A stretch of 64,000 nt of DNA. Source: Gemmatimonadota bacterium (GTDB taxonomy: Bacteria > Gemmatimonadota > Gemmatimonadetes > Gemmatimonadales > GWC2-71-9). Positions 19,578 to 27,326 of this stretch are shown piece by piece (position 1 is the stretch's first letter; each line of letters begins with the position of its first letter). The notes under the pieces were generated by a model. That model was not told where the DNA came from, searched no databases, and saw nothing but the letters and a program-made list of their open reading frames with translations. A program made the translations under genes and the position numbers. The DNA is taken from assembly GCA_036679605.1 (NCBI GenBank), contig JAZDCZ010000040.1, positions 1-64,000 on the forward strand. The letters run 5' to 3'.

Positions 19578-20303
19578 GTGCAGGTAAACGTAGTAACGCT
19601 TTTCCCGAATCTTTTTCGGGAGCCGTTCACAACCAGTATTTTGGGTCGGGCGGCGGCGGCGGGCCTGGTGACCTATCGAGTCGTGGATTTACGTGATTAT
19701 GCCCACGACCGGCACCGGACGGTTGACGATTACGCGTATGGCGGTGGGGCCGGAATGGTTCTAAAGCCGGAACCGTTCTTCGAAGCGCTGGACGGCTTGG
19801 GTGCCGGGTCAACCACCTTGCTGCTGTCTGCACGTGGCAAGTCGTTCTCGCACAGCGACGCCGTGCGCTACAGCCTGGCCAATGAATTGACGTTGCTGTG
19901 CGGCCACTACAAGGACGTAGACCAGCGTGTCGCGTCTTGGCCGGGAACAGAAGAGGTGTCGGTTGGCGATTTCGTTCTATCGGGAGGCGAGTTTGCAGCT
20001 TTATCTGTTATAGATGCGGTTGTGAGACTACTTCCAGGTGCGTTGGGTGACCATGAGTCGGCGGCGACCGACTCCTTCTACGAAGGCTTGCTGAGTCCGC
20101 CGACGTATACTCGGCCACCAGAATATCGCGGCCATGCTGTACCAGAAGTATTGTTAAGCGGAGACCACGCTAAGGTGTTGGAGTGGCGCCGCGTGCAGGC
20201 AGAAGAATTGACCAAGAATAGGCGGCCCGACCTTTGGGCTCGACATGAAGCAGAACAGCGGTCCGGTGGGGCCGAGGAATCAGAGGTTTGTGACCATGAA
20301 TAG
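19578..20303 (+). CDS. trmD: tRNA (guanine37-N1)-methyltransferase
   Basis: [35 protein letters not shown]. Confidence 0.97.
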   Translation: MQVNVVTLFPNLFREPFTTSILGRAAAAGLVTYRVVDLRDYAHDRHRTVDDYAYGGGAGMVLKPEPFFEALDGLGAGSTTLLLSARGKSFSHSDAVRYSLANELTLLCGHYKDVDQRVASWPGTEEVSVGDFVLSGGEFAALSVIDAVVRLLPGALGDHESAATDSFYEGLLSPPTYTRPPEYRGHAVPEVLLSGDHAKVLEWRRVQAEELTKNRRPDLWARHEAEQRSGGAEESEVCDHE

Positions 20304-20643
20304 ACTGACTGCCCTTCGGAGAGAGGGACTCCGAGAAGATATTCCGGAGTTTCGCCCCGGAGATACGCTGAGAGTATCAGTGCGCATTCGTGAGGGAAAC
20401 AAGGAACGATCGCAGAGGTTCGAGGGCGTGTGCATTGCGCGGCGCGGCGCCGGTGTGAGCGAGACGTTCACAGTCCGAAAGATTTCATCGGGTATCGGCG
20501 TTGAAAGGATCTTTCCACTGCATTCGCCTAACGTCTCGGAAATAAAAGTAGTGCGACTCGGGAGGGTGCGACGCGCCAAACTGTATTATCTGCGCAAGCT
20601 CTCCGGCAAGGCCGCTCGTATTCGGGAGCGCCGCGAGTTCTGA
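20296..20643 (+). CDS. rplS: 50S ribosomal protein L19
   Basis: [34 protein letters not shown]. Confidence 0.98.
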   Translation: MNRLTALRREGLREDIPEFRPGDTLRVSVRIREGNKERSQRFEGVCIARRGAGVSETFTVRKISSGIGVERIFPLHSPNVSEIKVVRLGRVRRAKLYYLRKLSGKAARIRERREF

Positions 20644-21261
20644 GTGCGGTTCCCCACGCTTGAGCGCGAGGTGGCGCTCTGGGCACAGGGGCACCGCATC
20701 GTTGCCGGCGTCGACGAAGTGGGGCGCGGGCCACTAGCTGGTCCGGTCGTAGCCGCCGCGGTAGTGTTTCCACCAGGACAGGACCCCATCGAGGGTCTCA
20801 GAGATTCCAAGAAAATGACCGCCCGGAACCGTGAGAAAGCGGCCCGGGAGGTCCGTTCAGTTGCGCTCGCCTGGGCTGTCGGGGCTGCTTCGGTGCGCGA
20901 GATCGATCGAGTCAACATCCGGCTAGCCACCATATTGGCCATGCGCCGCGCGATCGCTCGGCTTGCGGTTGTCCCAGATTATGTACTGTTGGACGGGAAT
21001 CCGGTCCCCGAGTTGGGTCGTGAGCACGAGGCGGTTGTGCAAGGCGATGGTCAATGTCTAACGATCGCGGCAGCCTCAGTAGTGGCGAAGTGCATTCGTG
21101 ATCGTCTGATGGTGCTTCTCGCGCGGAAGTATCCCGCCTTCGGATGGGATGAAAACAAGGGGTATGCGACGACCGGTCATCTTCACGAGTTGGACCGATC
21201 CGGCCCGACACCTCACCACAGAACCTCTTTTGCGCCGGTGGTACAGCCCCGGCTGCTCTAG
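20644..21261 (+). CDS. rnhB: Ribonuclease HII
   Basis: GVDEVGRGPLAGPVVAAAV, DSKK, IAAASVVAK, NKGY. Confidence 0.97.
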   Translation: MRFPTLEREVALWAQGHRIVAGVDEVGRGPLAGPVVAAAVVFPPGQDPIEGLRDSKKMTARNREKAAREVRSVALAWAVGAASVREIDRVNIRLATILAMRRAIARLAVVPDYVLLDGNPVPELGREHEAVVQGDGQCLTIAAASVVAKCIRDRLMVLLARKYPAFGWDENKGYATTGHLHELDRSGPTPHHRTSFAPVVQPRLL

Positions 21262-22268
21262 CCGGTCCGCAGGGCCGTTTCCCGCTGTCGCATCTCCAGG
21301 GCTCGTGTCTCGGCACCGAGTTGCGTGAAGGACTCAGCGGCGATAGCAAAAGCTGCCGCGGCCTCGTCGACATGTTCACCTGCCGAGTATATCTCGCCCA
21401 ATTCACGCTGGACCTCGGCCTCTTGAAATGGGTGCCTCAGGTCGTGGACCATCGCGAGCGCATCTTTGCCCAATTGTTCTGCTCTCTCTAAATCTCCGTC
21501 GAGGCGCTCCAGCGTCGCCAGTACGCGCAATGCCTCGACCTCAGCCAACCGATCTCCACGTGACTGCGCGAGCTTCTGTGCCCGGGCCAACTGTGCCCTT
21601 GCGAGCTGGGTGTCTCCCAAGAGAGCATGTGTCTCAGCCCAGCCTGCCAAGACCTCAGCTAACAATCGGAGGTCATTGGTTGCCTCGGCTGCGTCTACCG
21701 CCCGCTCGTACGATTCACGGGCGACACCGATTCTGCCCATCTCGCGCCAAACGTGGCCCGTGTTATTCCAACTTTCCGCCTGCCCGCTGAGTGAGGACAC
21801 CCGCTCAAACAACGTCGTTGCCAGCCGGTAGTAGCTCAGTGCGCTGGAGTACTGCGCCTTGTAGAATGCCACGTTACCCAGATTGTTTGCCGTGCGTGCC
21901 CTCAAGAGTTGATCCGAGAGTAAGTTGGCCAGTGCGAGCGCGCGCTGGAATCCGTGCTCCGCCTCGTGCAGTTCGCCGAGCGCGAACGCGCCGGCGGCAG
22001 CCACATTCTCGGCCCGCATCTCACCGTCCGAATCGCCCAGCGTCCGGAACTGATCTCGGGCAGCGAGCGCCGCTGCACGGCTGCGTGCAAATTCTCCGAG
22101 CCTCCAGTTCGCCATTGCTCCAAGCAATCGTCCTTCGGCAGAATCGCGAGCCGCATCGGGCGCGTGTTCGAGTGCCTCACGCGCCTCCCTGAACCGTCCG
22201 GTCCGAACGGCCATGCGCACTTGGCGGAGAGCGTCGTCTCGCTCTGCGAATCCGGGCGTGGCGATCAT
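21258..22268 (-). CDS. Tetratricopeptide repeat (MalT-like TPR) protein
   Basis: Ala-rich helical repeats (ARTANNLGNV, AESWNNTGHV); ATGA overlap with the upstream gene. Confidence 0.8.
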   Translation of the reverse strand: MIATPGFAERDDALRQVRMAVRTGRFREAREALEHAPDAARDSAEGRLLGAMANWRLGEFARSRAAALAARDQFRTLGDSDGEMRAENVAAAGAFALGELHEAEHGFQRALALANLLSDQLLRARTANNLGNVAFYKAQYSSALSYYRLATTLFERVSSLSGQAESWNNTGHVWREMGRIGVARESYERAVDAAEATNDLRLLAEVLAGWAETHALLGDTQLARAQLARAQKLAQSRGDRLAEVEALRVLATLERLDGDLERAEQLGKDALAMVHDLRHPFQEAEVQRELGEIYSAGEHVDEAAAAFAIAAESFTQLGAETRALEMRQRETALRTG

Positions 22269-23605
22269 GTCCGAGCTTCCTCTCCCCGTTCCAGCAGCCG
22301 CTGCAGTCGCGCCCGCGATATGTCGAGTTGGCGTGCAGCCGCACTCCGATTGCCTCCGCAATGATCGATCGCCATCTGTGCTACGGCGGCCAGTATTTCC
22401 TGAAGTGGGGCTGGGAACGGGATTCCCTCTGCTGATGCACTCTTTGACAAAGCCGGTGCCGACACCAAATGCTCGGCCTCGAGAGTGCCTGGTGCTGAGA
22501 GCAAGAGAGATCGTTCCACGGCATGGCGCAGTTCGCGCACGTTGCCATGCCACGGATGATCGAGTAAAAGGTCCCGAGTATCTGCTGCAATCGTTGGTTT
22601 GGGCAGTTCGTAACGGTCGGCAAGAGCCGCCACGAACGACTCGGCGAGGATGATGACGTCGTCTCCTCGCTCTCTGAGTGGTGGAAGGGTCAGGCTGACT
22701 ACGTTCAATCGGTAGAATAGATCTTCGCGGAACTCGCCTCTCTGCACCGCCTCGCCGAGATCCACGTGCGTGGCAGCCATGATTCGTACGTCGATTTCCT
22801 GACTCTTGGTGGCTCCTACGCGCCTGATCCGTCGGTCGTCCAGTGCGCGCAGCAGCTTTCCCTGGAGCGGCAACGGCAAGTGTCCGACTTCATCTAGAAA
22901 CAGTGTGCCGCCCTGGGCCTCTTCGAATAGGCCGGGTTTGGATGTATGTGCATCAGTGAACGCACCCTTCTCATGACCGAACAGTTCGCTCTCCATTAGT
23001 TCGGAAGGAATCGCGGCGCAATTCACTGCGACAAAGGGACTGAGGCTGCGAGGTCCGCCGTCATGTAGACCACGGGCCAGGAGTTCTTTCCCTGTTCCGG
23101 TTTCTCCTCCTATCAGCACCGTCACATCGCCGTGTTTGATTACGCGGGCAGCCTGCTCGAGGGTCTTGCGTAACGCTTCGCTCTCGCCCGTGAGGGCGGC
23201 GAAGGTTGTGCCTGCATCCTGTGAGTGTTTGGAGGTAGCTCGTCCCTTGGCCTCATCGGCTCGGGCGGTCAGGGTACGTCTCAGTAGATCTATGTCATCG
23301 GGCAGGGCGAAGTAGTCAGCGGCCCCGCGTCTCACGGCCTCTACGCCGAAACGGTGGGATACACGCCCACCCACCACGTAAACCGGGATCCGCTCGCCAT
23401 GCTGTAGTGAGGGCAGCAGGTCGATGGCGCGATCCTCTTCACCACCCCCGGCAACCAGGACCGCAATGCTTTCCGGCTTCGGAGTCTGGTCGGCATCGAG
23501 GTATTCGCAGTCCAATTCCAGCTCCTGACCGAACTCGGTCCACAGGGTACTGAAGGAATCAGTGAGTTTCACGATTCCCAGAGTCCGCCTGTCAGACACG
23601 GTCAC
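22265..23605 (-). CDS. Sigma-54-dependent transcriptional activator (bEBP) with degenerate receiver domain and Fis-type HTH
   Basis: GETGTGKE, ESELFGHEKGAFTDA, LFLDE, FREDLFYRLNV, WHGNVREL, GNRSAAARQLDISR. Confidence 0.95.
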   Translation of the reverse strand: MTVSDRRTLGIVKLTDSFSTLWTEFGQELELDCEYLDADQTPKPESIAVLVAGGGEEDRAIDLLPSLQHGERIPVYVVGGRVSHRFGVEAVRRGAADYFALPDDIDLLRRTLTARADEAKGRATSKHSQDAGTTFAALTGESEALRKTLEQAARVIKHGDVTVLIGGETGTGKELLARGLHDGGPRSLSPFVAVNCAAIPSELMESELFGHEKGAFTDAHTSKPGLFEEAQGGTLFLDEVGHLPLPLQGKLLRALDDRRIRRVGATKSQEIDVRIMAATHVDLGEAVQRGEFREDLFYRLNVVSLTLPPLRERGDDVIILAESFVAALADRYELPKPTIAADTRDLLLDHPWHGNVRELRHAVERSLLLSAPGTLEAEHLVSAPALSKSASAEGIPFPAPLQEILAAVAQMAIDHCGGNRSAAARQLDISRARLQRLLERGEEART

Positions 23606-24378
23606 CCTTCGTCGCTTTCGTCGCCGTCCTCATCCTCGTCCTCGAAGGCCTCCAGCGACTGCTTGATGTTGTCTCTAATGAGGTTCCGGTTGATCCCACC
23701 CTCGTTTCCGGTGGCCGGGTGCACCAGTCCGCCCGTCAGTGACCGGAACCAGGTTGCCAAATCGACCCGGACCGTGACGTTCGTACCAACTCCCTCTGTC
23801 ACGACCAAGGCCGGCACGAGCCTCAGTTCCTGCGCCACATTGAGATCGCTCTCGAACAGGAACGCGTCTCCGTTGAAGGTTCCCTGTACACGGATGCTCT
23901 TGTCGATGAAGTCGGGGTTGGCCTGCCGGAACGCCGCATCTTCGGGATCGTCGCCGCTCACCTTGTGGATCTCGAACTCAATCTCCATGTACGTGCCGGC
24001 CGGCAGAGTTACAACGAACCTCCGGGCGGCACCGGGTACGAGAGGCAGATCTACTAACACGGGCCCTAACTCGACCTCTTCACACTCGGCCGGTTCGGGC
24101 TCGACATCACAGTCGACTGACGTGGCGCGCTTCAGGTCGATTTCCCGGAGCACCATCTGCGCGCGCGTTATGATCAGGGTGTCGGAGCCGCTGGTGAGCG
24201 TGTCGTCCAACATGGCGGCAGTGGCCAGTGTCAGGGCAGCAGTAGGTGTTGGAGCCGCCGCACTCTGAGTTGAGAACGAAACCGACACGTTGCTGCGGAG
24301 TTCTTCCGTACCCGTAGTGTCATTGCAGGCGGCTGAGGCCACCGCGGCGATAATCGTTATTAAGAGTTTCTTCCTCAT
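23602..24378 (-). CDS. Hypothetical lipoprotein (acidic, beta-rich)
   Basis: MRKK-hydrophobic-SAAC lipobox; GTGA overlap with the bEBP gene. Confidence 0.8.
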   Translation of the reverse strand: MRKKLLITIIAAVASAACNDTTGTEELRSNVSVSFSTQSAAAPTPTAALTLATAAMLDDTLTSGSDTLIITRAQMVLREIDLKRATSVDCDVEPEPAECEEVELGPVLVDLPLVPGAARRFVVTLPAGTYMEIEFEIHKVSGDDPEDAAFRQANPDFIDKSIRVQGTFNGDAFLFESDLNVAQELRLVPALVVTEGVGTNVTVRVDLATWFRSLTGGLVHPATGNEGGINRNLIRDNIKQSLEAFEDEDEDGDESDEG

Positions 24379-24522
24379 AAGACTGTCTCACGAGCTAGGA
24401 TCGTTTTGCGGCCAGGTTGTCCTCGGCTACGCAATCTATTCGGTCCCACTGCCGGTCGAATTCGTTTTGGAGTCACGCCGCCCCGGGAAAAAGGGTGAGT
24501 AACGCCAATCGGCTGGTACTGG

Positions 24523-24539
24523 TGCAACGGGGGTGCCAG
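24523..24539 (-). promoter_or_regulatory. Sigma-54 -24/-12 promoter
   Basis: Minus strand CTGGCACCCCCGTTGCA matches TGGCAC-N5-TTGC, about 145 bp upstream of the lipoprotein start. Confidence 0.8.
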
Positions 24540-24736
24540 TGTGGACCGAGCGGGCGAAGATCTGGAAATTGGTTTCTGATAGGGGTTTACGACGTTTTGT
24601 GTGCGACATCACCTTCGCAAAACACGCCACGAAACGATGCAGGTACGCTGTTTTGGGACACCCCCGGTTGGGGGTCGGCGAGCGCGCCGACCCCCCTTCG
24701 AGTGCATGGCTGGGACTGCCTTTTGCGACGTAGTGG

Positions 24737-25348
24737 CTATTTGATATGCTTGCTTACCAACTTCGTCATTTCAAACATGCTCACTTGACCCTTGCCGCCG
24801 AATAGCGGTCTAAGCTTCGAGTCAGCGTTGATGTTTCTCCGGTTCTTACTGTCCTGCAGGTTGTTACGCTTGATGTAGATCCACAGTTTCTTCGTGATCT
24901 GTGTTCGCGGCAATGGACCGTTACCCACTACCGCTGCCAGAGCCGCATCAAAACTTACCGGCGCCATGAAAGCGGCGTTCGGCTTACGCTTGCTCTTTTT
25001 CTTGGCGGGCTTCTTCTTCTTGGCCGCCTTCTTCTTTGCCTTCTTCTTCACCTTCTTCTTGGCGGGCTTTCTCTTAGCCGCCTTCTTCTTTGCCTTCTTC
25101 TTGGCGGGCTTTCTCTTAGCCGCCTTCTTCTTTTTTGTGGCCTTGCGCTTGGTCTTCCTCTTTGTGGCCTTGCGCTTGGTCTTCCTCTTTGTGGCCTTGC
25201 GCTTGGTCTTCCTCTTTGTGGCCTTGCGCTTGGTGGCCTTCCGCTTTGTGGCGCGCCGCTTCGTCTTCTTCTTAGCGGCCTTTCTCCTCACGGGCCGCCT
25301 CTTCGCGGTCCGCTTCTTCGCCTTTTTTTTCTTTCTCTTGGCTGCCAT
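24737..25348 (-). CDS. SWIB/MDM2 domain protein with Lys/Ala/Arg-rich histone H1-like N-terminal region
   Basis: RKPNAAFMAP...LPRTQITKKLWIYIKRNNLQD...VSMFEMTKLVSKH; GAGG before ATG. Confidence 0.92.
   Translation of the reverse strand: MAAKRKKKKAKKRTAKRRPVRRKAAKKKTKRRATKRKATKRKATKRKTKRKATKRKTKRKATKRKTKRKATKKKKAAKRKPAKKKAKKKAAKRKPAKKKVKKKAKKKAAKKKKPAKKKSKRKPNAAFMAPVSFDAALAAVVGNGPLPRTQITKKLWIYIKRNNLQDSKNRRNINADSKLRPLFGGKGQVSMFEMTKLVSKHIK
25134..25234. repeat. 27-bp coding tandem repeat (3 copies plus partial; RKTKRKATK)
   Basis: TTTGTGGCCTTGCGCTTGGTCTTCCTC repeated exactly. Confidence 0.9.
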
Positions 25349-25608
25349 TGGTACCTCAGAGAAGGGTGGATTAGGGTTAAGACCAGTCCATGCGCTTCCC
25401 AAGGTAAGAAATTCTCTCTATAGAACAAGCGTTTTTGGCTTCGGAGTTCGACGGGTTCTCACTCCGAGGCATTGCCGACGAAAAATTCGCCTCCTATTTA
25501 GCATGTGTTCGCGGGGGGAACCAAGCTACCTATTGAAGCGTTATAGGCTATACGTACGACCCCTCCTCATGGGGATCGTTGCGCGGGCCACCTGTCCACG
25601 GAGTGATT

Positions 25609-26787
25609 ATGGCTTCAAGAAATACGGTGTTCTCTAGAGTTTCGACGGCATCCAGATTTGCGTGGACAGCTGTGGCCGCGGCAGTGCTTGCGGGTGCGTG
25701 CGGCGGTGGAGACGAAGGGGGGCGCAGTAACGCTCCAACTGGTCTAGGTCCCGATCCGACAGGCTTTGATCCGGGCAGCAACTTGAGTTGCGATCTGCCG
25801 GCAGAACTGCTGTTTGACGGCGGAGCCGCGCGGGACGGAATTCCTTCTCTGATCAATCCCCCACTGGTGCCGGTCGGCGATCCCGCACTTGCCTACCTCG
25901 ACGAGTGGGCGGCTATCAAGGCTCAAGTGCCGCAGTTGCCGGATACCCGTGTGATAGGCATGGTGGTAAACGGCGAGCCGATCGCGATACCGCATAACAT
26001 CCTTTGGTGGCACGAAATCGCCAATTTTGATCTGGGAGGAACACGACTGGCGATCACTTTCTGTCCGCTGACCGGCAGTGCCATCGTATTCGACGCTACG
26101 GCTGCTGGAGTCAGCCGCTTCGGAGTGTCGGGACTGGTCTGGTCACAGAACCTGCTGATGTTTGACGACGAGACCGAGTCCCTCTGGCCACAGATGTTCA
26201 TGCAAGGTCGGTGCGGCCTTCGTACGGGCAAGAATCTGACTTCTGTGCCGGCGATCGAAATGCGCTGGGAGGTTTGGAAACAACGGCATCCGGATACACG
26301 TGTCGTCTCGGGAGATCTTGGGTTTGGTCGCGACTACGCTCGCTACCCCTACGATCTCTATGAATCCGGCGAGTTCACGCTGTTTCCTCAGCCAGGACTC
26401 GATCGAACCCTGGGAGTCAAAGAGCGGCTGCTGGGCATTCCGGACGGCTCCGGTGGAGTCGCATTTCCGTTTGCCGAGCTAGATGCAATCGGGCCGCTCG
26501 CGGTAGTAAACCGAACCGTCGCGGGGCTAGAGACCACTGTTCTGTGGGACAGAGAGGCGTTTGCCGCGCAGGGCTACGAACCCCGGACAGCGACTGGTCC
26601 GGCCACGCTTGAAGTGAACGGCAATACTTTGGTCGATCGTGAGACCAGTAGCATTTGGACTGTCGAAGGAGACGCGATCGAAGGTCCCCGCCAAGGAGAG
26701 AAACTCATCGGGATCCCGCGAGCGTTCGTGGCATTCTGGTTTGCGTGGGCTGAGTTTCATCCGGATACCGAGATTTGGATCAACTAA
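25609..26787 (+). CDS. DUF3179 family lipoprotein
   Basis: AGAC lipobox; RDGIPSL, ILWWHEIAN, TFCPLTGS, FGVSGL, TESLWPQ, FWFAWAEFHP. Confidence 0.9.
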   Translation: MASRNTVFSRVSTASRFAWTAVAAAVLAGACGGGDEGGRSNAPTGLGPDPTGFDPGSNLSCDLPAELLFDGGAARDGIPSLINPPLVPVGDPALAYLDEWAAIKAQVPQLPDTRVIGMVVNGEPIAIPHNILWWHEIANFDLGGTRLAITFCPLTGSAIVFDATAAGVSRFGVSGLVWSQNLLMFDDETESLWPQMFMQGRCGLRTGKNLTSVPAIEMRWEVWKQRHPDTRVVSGDLGFGRDYARYPYDLYESGEFTLFPQPGLDRTLGVKERLLGIPDGSGGVAFPFAELDAIGPLAVVNRTVAGLETTVLWDREAFAAQGYEPRTATGPATLEVNGNTLVDRETSSIWTVEGDAIEGPRQGEKLIGIPRAFVAFWFAWAEFHPDTEIWIN

Positions 26788-26809
26788 GGAACCGATTTCC
26801 CCGTTCCAC

Positions 26810-26840
26810 GAAAATGCCACCCGGGATGGGTGGCATTTTC
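26810..26840. terminator. Hairpin, probable terminator
   Basis: GAAAATGCCACCC-GGGAT-GGGTGGCATTTTC. Confidence 0.7.
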
Positions 26841-26894
26841 TGTATGTAGCGGGTTGTGAAACGGTCCGGTCCTGCCGAACTTTGTCCCTCGCTG

Positions 26895-26967
26895 GACCGG
26901 GTAGCTCAGCTGGGAGAGCAACGGACTTTTAATCCGTAGGTCGTGGGTTCGAGACCCACCCCGGTCA
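26895..26967 (+). tRNA. tRNA-Lys (anticodon TTT); CCA not encoded
   Basis: Acceptor GACCGGG/CCCGGTC; D arm GCTC/GAGC; anticodon arm ACGGA-CTTTTAA-TCCGT; T arm GTGGG-TTCGAGA-CCCAC. Confidence 0.95.
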
Positions 26968-27010
26968 TCGTAGTGCACCCATCGTTCCGGGGCGTGATCG
27001 TGTCTTGCAC

Positions 27011-27119
27011 GGTCGTGGGTTGATCTGCGGCGGCCTGCGGCCGTCCTCGATCCGCTCGCTTCGGGTCGGACGCTATCGCGGCCTCGCTCAGCTCCGCGTC
27101 GAGACCCACCCCGGTCATC
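27011..27119 (+). repeat. Second copy of the tRNA-Lys 3' end, split in the T-loop by a ~77-nt structured insert
   Basis: GGTCGTGGGTT (27011-27021) and TCGAGACCCACCCCGGTCATC (27099-27119) match 26939-26969. Confidence 0.85.
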
Positions 27120-27326
27120 CAGTTAGCAGATCTTCCCAGGTGCATCTACGACGGCTGAAGCCGCCGCTCGGCTGTCTGTCGCTTAAAGCGACGTGGGAGC
27201 GTCAGTTTACTCGTGGGTTCCCGCAGGAATCGAAGACGGGACCGACGGCACCGCCGAAACAATCCCCACCTGCACTTCGTAGATCAGAGAGATTTGGCGT
27301 GTTGCACTAGTTACCCCGGGGGCAGA

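Noticed and set aside
24894..25637. 247-aa Phe/Leu/Ala-rich ORF resembling a membrane protein
   Set aside because: Antisense shadow of the Lys-rich SWIB gene (AAG/AAA codons read as CTT/TTT).
25609..26787. Selenoprotein form of DUF3179
   Set aside because: The frame is open, with Cys in TFCPLTG and no in-frame TGA.
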